Source of the DNA: the human T2T-CHM13v2.0 reference genome, Homo sapiens
Strand: one strand, 5' to 3'
DNA: 64,000 nt
NCBI RefSeq assembly: GCF_009914755.1
Contig: NC_060932.1
Shown here: positions 26,919 to 40,941 of the stretch, in pieces
Position numbering within the stretch: position 1 is the stretch's first letter
Layout: each line of letters starts with the position of its first letter
Translations under genes and position numbers: made by a program
The notes under the pieces: model-generated
Database searches by the model: none
The model's input: only the letters and a program-made list of their open reading frames with translations
What the model was told of the DNA's origin: nothing

Positions 26919-27974
26919 CAGGGTTATTATATATATATATTTATGTTGTCACAAGTTCTAAGACAGAGATTTTTCATGTAGATAGTTATATAAATTGCAG
27001 AGTGAATACAATATAGACATTATGATTAAAATAAATTATATATAATGGAAGACAACACATTATTTAATATAAATTCTTAAAGACTGAGTAAACAAGATTT
27101 GGAAAAAGTTCCAAATTAATCTCAGCACTTATTAACTTTGCATCTTCTTCCTTCAAAATAAACTGTAGTCTTATAAGTTTACTTTTTTTTGTTACAAAAA
27201 TTATTTCATGATGACTTAGTAATATTTAAAGTCAAATTGATTCCTTTAACTTCACTGAGATATGAGCTAGTTCCTAGAGAATTTATGTTATATGAACCAT
27301 TCTTAGACTCAGTTTTCCTTTAAATCTAGAAGAAACAAGTGCTAGCAAGAGCTTAATATCCTTAATCCTGTGACATATTGGAAGAGCTTCTGCATCAGCA
27401 GCAAAGCATCAGCCCCAGAATATCTTTGGGTGATGATTGAGAGACGAGTTCCGAAATAGATTTAGGGACAGCTAGTGAAAGTAACCTCAGACCCAACAGA
27501 CAATGGATAAGGGGCAAGTGTCTCCTTAACATTCCTTTTTATTGACCAAGATTATGTGTCTTCCTTGAACTGAATAATAATGGTGAATACTACATGATAA
27601 GCAGCCATGTAGAAAAATCTCTGTTTATACCGGAACTATAAAGCATATTACCAAATTTTGTTGTTTTCTTAGGTAAATATACAAAACACTAGTCATGTAG
27701 GCCTCATTTATTAGAAAAACGAGGCTAAAAGAGGCTGTCTTACATATGGCAATCATTCAGGCATTTTAGAACACTTTTGAACTGGAAGAGGAATTAAAGT
27801 AGAACAGAGTAATTAAAATGAACTAATGACTCAAATACCCAAAAGGCTTGACTTAATATCACAGAGCACACAAGGCGTAGGTAGAAATTTGTTCAATTTG
27901 TTTGCATCTTTGTGTGTTATATTGTGCAAATGAACATAGTTCGTAATCTCCTGTACTTGTTACTTATTCTCTGC

Positions 27975-28140
27975 TGTTATGGGCTGAATTGTATGCCCTA
28001 AAAATTTATACATTGAATGCATTGAAGCCCTCACCCCCAGTGCCTCAGAATAATACTGCAATTGGAGATACAGTCTTTAAAGAGATGACTAAGGTTGAAT
28101 GAGGTCATTAGTGATGGCACTAATATGACTGGTGCCTTTT
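27975..28140 (+). mobile_element. MLT1B-like LTR, 5' part
   Basis: tgttatgggctgaattgtatgccc...cccccagtgcctcagaat...ggagatacagtctttaaagag. Confidence 0.75.
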
Positions 28141-28993
28141 GAGTTTGGTATCGTCATTGACATTCTTGTACCATCACCCATCTCTGCAAAACTGCATAAT
28201 CCCCTGTAAATTAGGGTTCTCAGTACTTTAGGAAATTAGTGTTGTTACTAGAGTCATTTTTATTGTAATAACCCCTGTAGAACATTAAAAATACAATGGG
28301 AACAAAAATGGAAAAAATTGCATCATGCTGTTTATTATGAGATATTTACTACCTTCGTAGGTGAAAACCAGAGTCCTTTAGTTATTCATCACAATCTGGG
28401 GTTTCCAGTACCAATTAACTCTTTCACAAGACTTATAATCATTCCCTTTTTGTGGTTCAACCTCTGTTGTTTCTAGATTTCTAGATGTTTACATGATGAT
28501 TTCTGGGAAAAAAAATCATTTCTAGAAAAAAGTGTTATATTATATTTCAACTATACTAATTTCATTTCCTTAGATTAGCAGAAATAATGTTAACTGTATC
28601 ACAGTATTTCAATTAGGTAAATACAACAGATTATAAAGGTAATATAAAATGGCTAAAAGAACTAAAAACATTTCTCCCTAAGATGGAAAATTACTTGGAA
28701 ATTTTAGACATACACGCTTTATTTGAAATTTGTAGCGTATCTACCCATATTAATTAAATATTCAATACATCTCTAATATTTTAGTAATAAATATATACTA
28801 TATACTAATAATTAGATAAATGTCCAAAAAAAAAAAAAAACAAAAAACCTTGAGGACCATGAAGGGTCATAAAACACAATTGAATTGACAAAACACTTGG
28901 AAAAGACCCATGAAGAAAATAGGAACATCAAGTTAGTGTGATTTATGATGAGCTAGACAAACGGAGGAGATAATAAAGTTTAAAATAATCATG

Positions 28994-29280
28994 AGCTGGG
29001 TGTGGTGACTCATGCCTGTTATCCCAGAATTTAGGGAGGCTGAAGCAGGATGACTGATTGAACCTAGGAGTTTGACACTGGCCTGGGCAACATAGTGAGA
29101 CCTTGTCTCCAAAAAATATTTGCAAAACATTTAGCTAGGCATAATGTCTTATACCTGTGGCCTTAGCTACTTCGGAGGCTGAAGTGGAAGGATCACATGG
29201 GCCTGGGAGGTTGAGACTGCAGTGAGCCGTGATTGACTCCCTGCACTCCAGCCTGGACCACAGAGCAAGACTTTGTCTCT
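28994..29280 (+). mobile_element. AluJ without an A tail
   Basis: ttgaacctaggagtttgacactggcctgggcaacatagtgagacc; gaggttgagactgcagtgagccgtgat. Confidence 0.92.
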
Positions 29281-29319
29281 AATCATCATTATCATCATCA
29301 TCATCATCACCATCATCAT
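29281..29319. repeat. (CAT)n STR at the Alu 3' end
   Basis: direct reading; it produces the spurious poly-His ORF. Confidence 0.9.
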
Positions 29320-29494
29320 GAGATGTTCACATTTAAAACTGACAATGTAACTATTCTGGATTCTGAGTTATTAGATCAAACACATTTTAATGGAGAACGA
29401 TGCCTTTGGATTAGATTTTAAAGACTGTATTTAGAACAGATTCTCCATTTCCCCTCACTATGGGAAAAAATACATATACCCTCAGCTTTTGATT

Positions 29495-29620
29495 AATCAA
29501 TTCATTTGACAAATATTTAATAATTGAATATTTTAAAAGTGAAGACATTTTAGAGCTAAAACTACAAATAAATGATATCTCATAGACCCTACACTTGAGA
29601 GATGATTAAAATCCAGTAGG
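29495..29620 (-). mobile_element. L2 3'-end fragment
   Basis: attcatttgacaaatatttaataa...accctacacttgagag...aatccagtagg. Confidence 0.5.
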
Positions 29621-30859
29621 CCCTTTTCCTAGCTATCAGAGAGCAGAGGGAAGATGGTGTGACCACAATGAAAATAGATGTATTTTGGGGGAGGGTTACT
29701 GTGTTTATTCACTCAAACAATCTTTACAGAAATAAAATCTTTACAGAATAAAATAAAATTACACATAGGTAATATTTCAGAAATAATGTACATACATGTA
29801 AACAGCTTAGATGTAAGAGCATTGCCATATTTTGTTATGTTCATTTTTGGTCTGAATCTGCTGAACATTCTTTCTCAAAATTTAGTAATGGTTGGAAAAA
29901 ATCAGTATTTTTGAAAATATTTTAGGAAATATCCCTATAATTTACTGCACAAACAATAATCTGTTCATGGTAGCATTTAACAAAAGATAGTATGTCTTTT
30001 TTTTTTTTCTTAGTGGAGCTTTTTTTTTTAACTTTTCTAGTTAGGAATATAGCAATAACAAGAATTATTCCAACTAAATAAGTCATTTGTATTGTTCTAC
30101 TCACTACTCACACTAAAATAGTTATATATTAAAAGCCATTCATCTTTGGTATGTTGTTTAAAGTATAAAAGGAATAGAACTGAGAGGATAAAAAAGCATT
30201 AAACACAGTAGTTCTTAAACTGAAATCTATGTCTCCAAATACTCAAATTGATATAACAGCATTTTTTGACATTAGGAAGCTTAGTTGAAGCCTCTCTGAA
30301 TGTTTCTCCCACAGCTAATACTCACCCCAAAGAGCACTCTTTTCAATTGCCCTTTTTAAGTGCACCTATAAATCAACATTATGAGAAATGTCTTCCATGT
30401 ATATGGAAGAGCACTGTGTATGAATGGTAAACAGTGATTTGAGGCCTTTCAGTTGACCTCAGACCTTTCGTACAAAGGCTGCCAAAGAAAGCAGTGTCTT
30501 TATTCACTATCTTAAGTGCAAAATTTTTGATTTACTTAGATGAGTTTTTTAAAGAGCAACAAACTCCTCAGATATATTTTGTTTTCCTATCTACCATATT
30601 TGATGTTTGCTGATAACTCAAGTTTTTATTAAAATTTAGAGATGTCTGTCCGTGTACCTTTTTAATAATTGAAAATTTGGAGGTTTATTATAAACAGATT
30701 ACATCAAAGACTGGAAAGTCCTTTTTTAAAAAAAGAATCAATTTTGTTGAAATTGAATTCTGCCAGCAAAATGCAAGAGCAATCAACTAGTTTAATGGGG
30801 TTGTTACTGGCTTTATGCTTTACCCCAAGATGTCCTACTGTCTAGATTTTCAAACTGAC

Positions 30860-30898
30860 TTTTTTTTTATTATACTTTAAGTTTTAGGGTACGTGTGC
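30860..30898 (-). mobile_element. extremely truncated young L1PA 3' terminus
   Basis: tttttttttattatactttaagttttagggtacgtgtgc is the antisense L1PA end. Confidence 0.85.
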
Positions 30899-31589
30899 TT
30901 AAAGTCAAGAAAAACTATATGAAATTACAGTTTTATGGTCTGTTATCTGATTGGTCACATCAGAATAGGGAAGTCAGATTTGATTTATACTTACCCCTAC
31001 TAAGAGTGCTTTTTAAAAAAAGTTAATAATAATAAGGAAACAACAAAAGATACTATTCTACTATTTCATGACTGGGTCTACTCAGCAGGAAGCAAAGTAA
31101 TAATTTTTGTAATGCTTTAGAGATCTAGCCAAACTAATTCCAAACATACTGGATGTTAAGGCTTAATAAATCTGGTTTGATTTTTGTCATAAATAAAATT
31201 TGAATAAATATCTGTAAATGTTAATTTTGCTTCATGTTTGTTGATATGCAAAAGATTTAATTAATCTTTCACTTTTAATGAAAATCCATTTACTTGCTTG
31301 TCAATGTTAGCGCCAGAATACTAGATCATAGAAAATGTCTCAAAATTAATATTTTTATGCAATCTCAAAAGAAAGAGGCAAATACAATCTTAGATCAGCT
31401 TGAGGCTTGGGGGAGTCAATAATAATAAATACATTGGAAATATATGAATTTAAATTATATACAGGTAGTAATAAATTTAATATAATGCATGCATAAGTAT
31501 ATGAAAAAACACCATCAGATACTAATAATTAAAACTAAGAAATAGACATAAGTAGAGCAGTAATCTCAAAAAATAAAAGAAATCCTAAA

Positions 31590-31945
31590 AATTATATTAC
31601 CAGGCAAGTTACCACATGGTCAACTAAAACTTACTCTTCTGGTATCTCTGGGATACAGTGAATCAAAACGTGCCTCAGAATTACCCACCTGAGGAACAAG
31701 GGAGCTGTGGTATTTATACACCAACTTTATCAGTTAGTGATTGAGGGCTCTTAGAGTGAACAGTAGGGCATTAATTTCCAGGCACTCCTCATCTGCTCAG
31801 ATCCTAATCTGATCCTATCCTCAGAAAGAGCAAGATCTTTTACTCAGAGAAAGCTCAGGAAAACTGATGAAGGTACTGTCTGGAAAGAGAGGCAGGAGTG
31901 CGCTATAATGATGAGGGTTATAGGGCAAGGCACCAATAGCACTTG
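31590..31945 (-). mobile_element. ERVL LTR relic (LTR33-like)
   Basis: cctcagaattacccacctgaggaacaagggagctgtggtatttatacaccaact...gattgagggct. Confidence 0.5.
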
Positions 31946-32278
31946 CTAAAAATGTGGAAAGTGTTTGTGTTCCAAGATAAAATATGCATACCAAAGAAAA
32001 CCTCAGGAACAGTACCAGGCAAGCCCCTTCAAAAATGACATTTACATTATATGTGGAGATGCATGGAAATACACTGCAAATATATATGTATTTCCTAAAT
32101 GAAGCCTCATCTATAGGCCTGGCATGAAACAAGAACTCGCTAGAATAATCAATGATTGAATTGTTGGGTATCCAGTTAATAGCAACATTGTACCTTACGT
32201 GCAGAAGATTTTGCATTTTGTAGAAACTGCTCTTATATATAAGAGCATTTTACTTTGAAACACAATAAGACATAAATA

Positions 32279-32359
32279 TGACATTTATTGTTTCCCAGTA
32301 GTTATTTAATCTTTTCATCTGTAGGCAGAAATTTATGGAAGTCATCACTGAAACTTATA

Positions 32360-32404
<45 letters not shown>

Positions 32405-32606
32405 TCCTTGGTACTCATTAGCACTAGTCTGACATTTAACCTTGGATTATCATACTAAATAAAACTAATTTGATGACATTCAAACTTTCATTGGCACATC
32501 TGTGTAACAAGGGTGTATTAAACATGAAGGCAATTTTTGTCCTACAGTAAGTCTCAGAGATTTTGCATAGGGCACTTGGAGGTGCTTGACTGTAATAAAT
32601 ATTTTG
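32279..32606 (+). repeat. chimeric local duplicate: A + (AC)21 + B
   Basis: A matches 33871-33975, B matches 37012-37258, each about 95% by hand count. Confidence 0.95.
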
Positions 32607-33870
32607 CAGATAATGTTGTCATGAATATGTTACCACAATTAGGATATGCTTCGATTTGGGAAAGTTCCTAGTAAAGAACACCAACTAATTAGCACAAACT
32701 CTTGAGAAGTATTTTCTCTTGGCTTCTTAAAAAATTCCAAAGAAATATGATATTATGGTCTTCCTTTTACCTTTGCCAGTATTTAAAACCCTTTTATGTA
32801 TGACTACTGTGTAGTAAAAACTGTTTATGCTGATCTAGAATTCAAATGTGTTTCCTCAAATTATTGAAGTAAAGTCGAATAGTGGTAGTCTCCATCAAAT
32901 AAAGTGGTTTATAAATTTGAGTTTTATTATTGAACTGTACCAAGTATCTTACTTGCTTAAATTGATTGTTTAAAATTTGTTCACAAGAAATATTTCTCAA
33001 ACATTCTATTCTGTCTTTATTATCCTGTATATGCAACCACACACTCATTATATGATGAAATAAAATAGATATGTGCTCATAAACATGAGAAAGAGTAATG
33101 TATGTACTGTTGGTCTGTGATGGAAAAAGGGATTAAAATATCTTTATTCTCAATATTTTTTGTGATTTACTAAACCCTTCTATCTCTATGTCCTTTCACC
33201 CATCTAAAAACTTCCATGTCTGTAAAGATTCAGGTATGCTATATTGTAGGAGGGTTGTGATCTTACATTAATAGTCACTGTCAGCATTTGAATGTTATTT
33301 TAAATGTCAGTATTTTTAATAATAATTGCTTTAACAAGAATTTTGCTATAAAATAGACTCCACACAATTTTTAAATTGAACAAATGACTTTTATTGTTAC
33401 TATCTAAAGCTAAGTCCTGAATTAGGGAATAACTTGTCATAGCCAATAATGTAATTTTAAAATGTTCACAAAGAAAGCAACTAAAGCATTTATAGGTTTT
33501 TCTGCCAAAGAAAACTTTTTCTAGGTATTCTGTATTTTCTATTAAAAAGCACTGTTTCATATTATAATCTGCCTTTTTCCTATTACATATTAGAAAATCT
33601 CCATGCTCTATATTTCCTCGTTGTATGCTACATATTCAATTGTGTACTTTAATGATTAAAATACCATAATTTCCATGTAAAATTAACATTATTTCTACCT
33701 TGACTTTGACACACTTTATTTTATACTGAGAGGTAACCAACACAGTAATGAGCCTAATTAATGTCTCTGCATGGAGTTCAGGAGTGGTAGGTGAGGTGGT
33801 GACAGAAACGTACCAAAATCTCCCTTTGAACTTGTCTGAACATCTGAAACATTATGTAATCAGTAAGATT

Positions 33871-33975
33871 TGACATTTATTGTTTCCCAATAGTTATTTA
33901 GTTTATCTTTTCATCTATAGGCAGAAATTTATGAAAGTCATCACTGAAACTTATAGACACACACCCACACACACA
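33871..33975 (+). repeat. partner A' of the 32.3-kb chimera, ending in an imperfect (CA)n
   Basis: tgacatttattgtttccca...gaaacttatagacacacac shared. Confidence 0.95.
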
Positions 33976-35659
33976 TAGAGACATACTCCAAAATTCCAAC
34001 CCTGAGTCCTTCCTCACTGTAGTGCACCCTTCCTTTCTAGCGATCTGTTATTTTGGATCTATTTAATGAAAGATAGAAAGAAGTATCAATAAATGCATTC
34101 ATATAGAAAAACATGTATTTAATATTTACATTATATAATGAAATTAAGAAACTACAAAGAATTGATAATATTTAATGCAAAAGAAGCACAGTCAGTGTAT
34201 TTTTGTTATTGTAATAGGGTCGTTGAGTGCATACTGAAGGTGTGGCACTATTTTAGATAGCAATATTGTTAGGAATTACAGGGAAAAAGCAGCACTTCTT
34301 ATTGGGGTGTAGTTTCATCTAAAGTTTGAGGTTTCTGCTTGTGTCAATCACTTAGCGAAGAGATGGTCCTTAGGTCTTTGAAATATTTGAGAATAGGTAC
34401 ATCAGTTCAAAAGTGAAAGAGACCTTTTGTGATCTTTTGATCTTGGTTTAAAGAGTCCAGCACATGACTTGAGAGAGATAAAAATGCCTGAAACCAGAAG
34501 CAGAGGGAAATGCTGACATAAAAGGTCAACAAGACCTGAGAATAAGCCAGGCCTTTTAATACAGATTATCTACCTTTGCACTTATCTGGGTTAGTTATCC
34601 TGTATGTTTAAGGTGTTTTTGAATAAACTAGCTTAGGTTTAGCACTTCCATGGCAAATAAATGATAATCAATGTGTCCTAGATTATTACAAAGAAAGTCA
34701 TCCCTCTCTATCCCGAAGCCACTATAAAGTGAGGGTAGCAATAACCAACTAGTGGATCTCAAGGGAGAGACAATTTTAGACACAAAATGAATGTCCCAAT
34801 AACCCAGCAGCTGATTTTATCCAGATATTGTCTTATTAGCGACAATCTTGAGAAATGTAAATTTTAACGTAATTAATAAAGTAACTTCAAGCCTATTTAT
34901 ACTGGTGGGCTGATTTTCCGGATGGCACTCAAATTTTTATATGTAGGCCTATTTAATTATGAGCATTGCTGCTGTAGCTGCTGCTACCATTACCACTACT
35001 GCTATGGCTGCTGCTGTGACTTTTACTTATTAATGCTGTGACTACTCTGAATACCATGACCTTGTAAATATACAACACATCATTATTTACTAAGTGCTTT
35101 TAAATCCATTGACAGCTCCACCGGTGTGCATCCTACAGCTTAGCAAGAGGTCCAAAGGAGGGCCTGGAGGGTCTGGCTTCCACAGTTCCTCTGACTCTTC
35201 CAGTGCAGTCTCAGCCCTACAACATGTACTAACTTCAGCATGGAGCAGAGTAATTGACTTTTGTAGGTCAGGCAAGCTCATGATAGTCTAACCCTCTCAG
35301 ATCTGGGATCACTGGCAGAATGAGCATCTCTTGAAAAAGTTAGATAGCTGTTTACCTGTTCCTTGTGTGCTTTCAAATGATCTGGCTTGGACTGCAGCTT
35401 GCATTTCTCATGGCACATGCTGAAGGCCATAGGAAGTAGATAATGCCAAATAATATGCTGACATGTTTATAGTCAGTTTGCAAAAGCCCCATCCTAGGAG
35501 TGAATTATTTTTAGACATACCAATAATAATTTAGGAAACTGTTTAATATTAATATGTGTAACCTGTAATATGGATTGCTATCTTCATATCTGGGATGAAC
35601 AAATCTCATCCTGTGGCCTAGCAGTTTTCCTATTTCCAGATCCCACTTTCTAAATTAAT

Positions 35660-36030
35660 TAGAACTATTTATGTTACAAGCAACAACAATCCAACTCAAA
35701 TTCATGTATGTGAAAGACAGGGTTTGGGGCTCATAAAATCAATTTTGCTTGGAGCAAAGGTATCCAGGCATATGGTATAACCAGTATGACTTGTCTCAGA
35801 ATTGGATCTTTGCTTGTTAGGTGTGCTGGTTTTATTCTGTTCTCTAGATATCTCTGTGTACACATTGTGGTGGATGGCCATCAACAGCTGTGGGATCATG
35901 TCTCCAGTTAAACCACTTGATACAAAAATGGGCTTCTACCTGACCCAGACCCATCATGGGCATATGTTTACCCTGGAGTAAGCACTAAATGCAAAGGCAA
36001 TTGGTATTATGAGTGGCTAAGGTTACTTAT
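35660..36030 (-). mobile_element. old MLT1 (J/K/L-like) LTR
   Basis: gttacaagcaacaacaatccaactcaaat...gctggttttattct...gatggccatcaacagct. Confidence 0.45.
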
Positions 36031-36674
36031 TCCATTATTTTTTAAAGAAGGAAAATCATTTTTGACTGGAAACTCTAAGTAAAAATCTCATGTTTGGAAG
36101 GAGGGTCAAATTGTTTTATAGTGAGAAGAGAGGGAGAGATGTTGTTCTTCCCAGAGAGAAGGAGGAGGGCTAGACAAAGGGAGCAAATAAAGTTTATTTT
36201 ATGAAAAATTATATGTACATATAGTCATATTCAAATGCAATACTGCTATTCAAACACTTTACACCTGTGGGTAATTTGTAATTTATCTCTGTGTCTTCAA
36301 AGTGAGTCATGACCGGGATACACTAAATACAATGCCATTCTTTAATATGTGCTGAATTTCATGGTTTTTCTGGACATTTTCTTCAATCTGTAAATATTAG
36401 CAAAACTGAAAGTATGGTGGAAAATAAAGTGGAATGGGGTAAAGATTGACTTTATTTTTTTCCTTTTACCTTTCATTAGCACAGTATAATTTAGTATGTT
36501 AGTATTTTTACATTTCAGCTTAAGGTAAAATATTGATTGAACACAATCCTTTCTCTTCTATATACTCACCAAAATTTAACTTCTAATGCTCATCTAGTGA
36601 ATTATAAGTCCCCTTAGACTCAAAGAAATGAGTTTTAGTATTATACTAAATAGATATAAGAAATAGAAGTTGTT

Positions 36675-37258
<584 letters not shown>

Positions 37259-37636
37259 TTGCAGAGAAGTTGTTTTATCATCTATTAACAGATTAAACAA
37301 ATGTAATTGTCACTAGAACTTTCTTGCCTGCCATATCATATAGGGAAAATAGTTTGAAAGCTAAGGTTTACATTATCTGTTTTGATCTACACTAGCCAAT
37401 ATAAAAATGTAATTGGCCTTTGTAACACTTTCTTTTTTTGTCCATTTTCTCACCTATAAAATTTATGATAGTGACCAAATGCATAATAACTCTGATCTTG
37501 ATTTAATGATCCAGCAAGCCAATGATGAACTTTAACAATGTATGTGTGTTTAAATGAGTGATTGAAGCCTGCCTAAACCAACACCATCTGATGGGGAACA
37601 CCGACTTGGAAAAAAAGCCTTAAAAGTTGTCATGTG

Positions 37637-37908
<272 letters not shown>

Positions 37909-39258
37909 CAAGTTGTAATGTGTAGAGGTAAGATTGTGGGCAACTGCTACGAATTTTGAAAATACACACACACACACACACACCATGTTTTAGAGGCGAA
38001 CATAGGAGAAAAATTATAAATGCGTTTGCTATATCTAGATGCAACATACTCTGTTTTGGTTAGATTTTTTTTTGGATCTTAATATGTTATATCTTGCATA
38101 TTTGTTTCTTTGAAGACTTCAATTTGGGGTTGTTAACTTTTATTTTTAGCAGTCACTAAAATGCTTTAGATATGTGAAGTAGACAGGATCGTGTTGCTAA
38201 GGTAGAAAACTCATTTTCTTTTATTAGAAACTATTATCCTCAATGAAAAGGGAAAGTTGCTGAAAATCATTGAAATATATTTGACACATTCTATTAAAGT
38301 ATAAAATAGATATATAAAAATGCACACACCACAATTGTGCAGTTTAATTAATCACTACAAAATGATCACATACATGTAACCACAGTTCAAGTTAAGACAG
38401 AAAGCATCAGCAGGCCAGGAGAACTCTTGTGTCCCCTCTTTGTTAATATATTTATCTTCCTCCCTGAAGGGAAAATCTATACTAATTTCTGGAAGATAGT
38501 TTCACTTTTCCTGTTACTTCTCAAATATAAAATAATACAGTATAAATCCTTTTTAGTCTGATTTATTGAATTTGCATTACTTTTGACATACATTTATATC
38601 ATGTGATATAGTACATTCTGCTTAATTGCCATATATTTTATATGATATACATATGTTTATATATTCATTCAACTGGTTATATACATTATTGTTGTTTCTA
38701 GTTTTGTTGATTTTGAATAATGCTGTTATAAACAACTTTATAAATAATTTATAATATTTATATGTACATACTTTGGCTATATAAATTGGAGTTGAACTAC
38801 TAGTTCATAGAGTAAATATAAGTTTAGGTTGTAGTGAACACTGTCAAAACATTTTCCAAAGTGGTTGTAATAATTTAAATATATCATGCTACCCCATCAG
38901 TGTATGAGTTTCAATTGCTTGAAATCATAGCTTCAATTTGATGTTGTCACTGTAAAAAACAACAACAACAACAAACTTAGCTACTCTGCTCTTAGTATAG
39001 TGATATTGAATTGTGGTTTTAACCAGCATTCTACTAATCACAAATGTTGAGCACCTTATCATATTTTTATCCTCTATTGGAATGCTCATTTTATGAAATT
39101 CTTATTTCGTCCTGAACATTTTTTATTTCGTTTTCATTCTCCTTCTGAATGATTTATAAGAGGCATTTACATATTCTAGGTACAAATATTTTGTTGGTTA
39201 TTTGTAGAATGACAACAATTTATTGATTAAGTGATGAATGTTTGAGAATGATAGGAAG

Positions 39259-39965
<707 letters not shown>

Positions 39966-40941
39966 GAAGGCTTTATTTATAATTACACCAAGAAAATTGG
40001 CAAAACTCAGACTTAACCAAATAAAACTAGAATGTATGATGATCCAAGTTATATGTATAGCAAATATATGGAAATACATATTTAAATATAGAATTACATA
40101 TTTCTTTCAGTGGTTTACCATTTTCCAATTATTAAAGTTGTCTTTTAAAGAATAGAAGCCCTTAAATTTTATGTAGTCCAACATTTTTTGTGTGTGTTCT
40201 TTGCTTTTAATCAACTCTATTACAAAACTCTTTATTCTGTTGGTCTGTTTTTCTATCCATCCACACAGTCTTAATTACTGAAACCACAGTAGGTTGTAAA
40301 ATCCAGTAGTGTAGTTCCTTCAACATTTTCTTATTTTTCATGATTGGCTATTTTGGGCCTTTTGCATGCTTCTATACTTTTAGATTCAGTTTGCCAATTT
40401 TCATAATAAACCTGCTGGAATTTTTATTGGTTTGGTTTACATGTTTATTTCAGAGAGACTTCCAATCAATAAGCATAATGTATCCCCTATTTTAAAAAAC
40501 TTAATTTTCTTTCAGTAATGTTTTATAATTTCTCTGTATGCAGTTCTTGCACAACTTTCACATGACTCATTTTTAGGCATATGATTATTTTTACATAGGT
40601 ATAAGTGATATTTTTAGAATTTTAAGTTATTTTTAATGTTCTACATATAATGATATTTCTTTTGTGAATAAAAATAGTTTCATTTGCCCCTTTTCAGTCA
40701 TTTTATACTTGTTTCTTCTTTCTATTCTATTAAAAATATAGTACAAGTTTGATTGAAAGTAGTAATATACATTTTTTTCTCATTTATATTATCTGGGAGA
40801 AAGGTCTCAATATTTTAGTTTTAAGAATGATGTTTCTTAAGGTTTTTACAATGCTATATTTCCTAAGTTTAAGGAAGCTCATTCCATCTCCAATTAGCTA
40901 AGACTTTTTAAATATTAAATTTATCAATTACTTTTTATATA

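Noticed and set aside
29233-29421. ORF with a poly-His run
   Set aside because: It is an Alu end plus the (CAT)n STR, with no gene context.
32279-32606. Chimera as a processed (spliced) retrocopy of a local transcript
   Set aside because: The junction lies within (CA)n with no GT-AG pair on either strand, and there is no poly-A or TSD.
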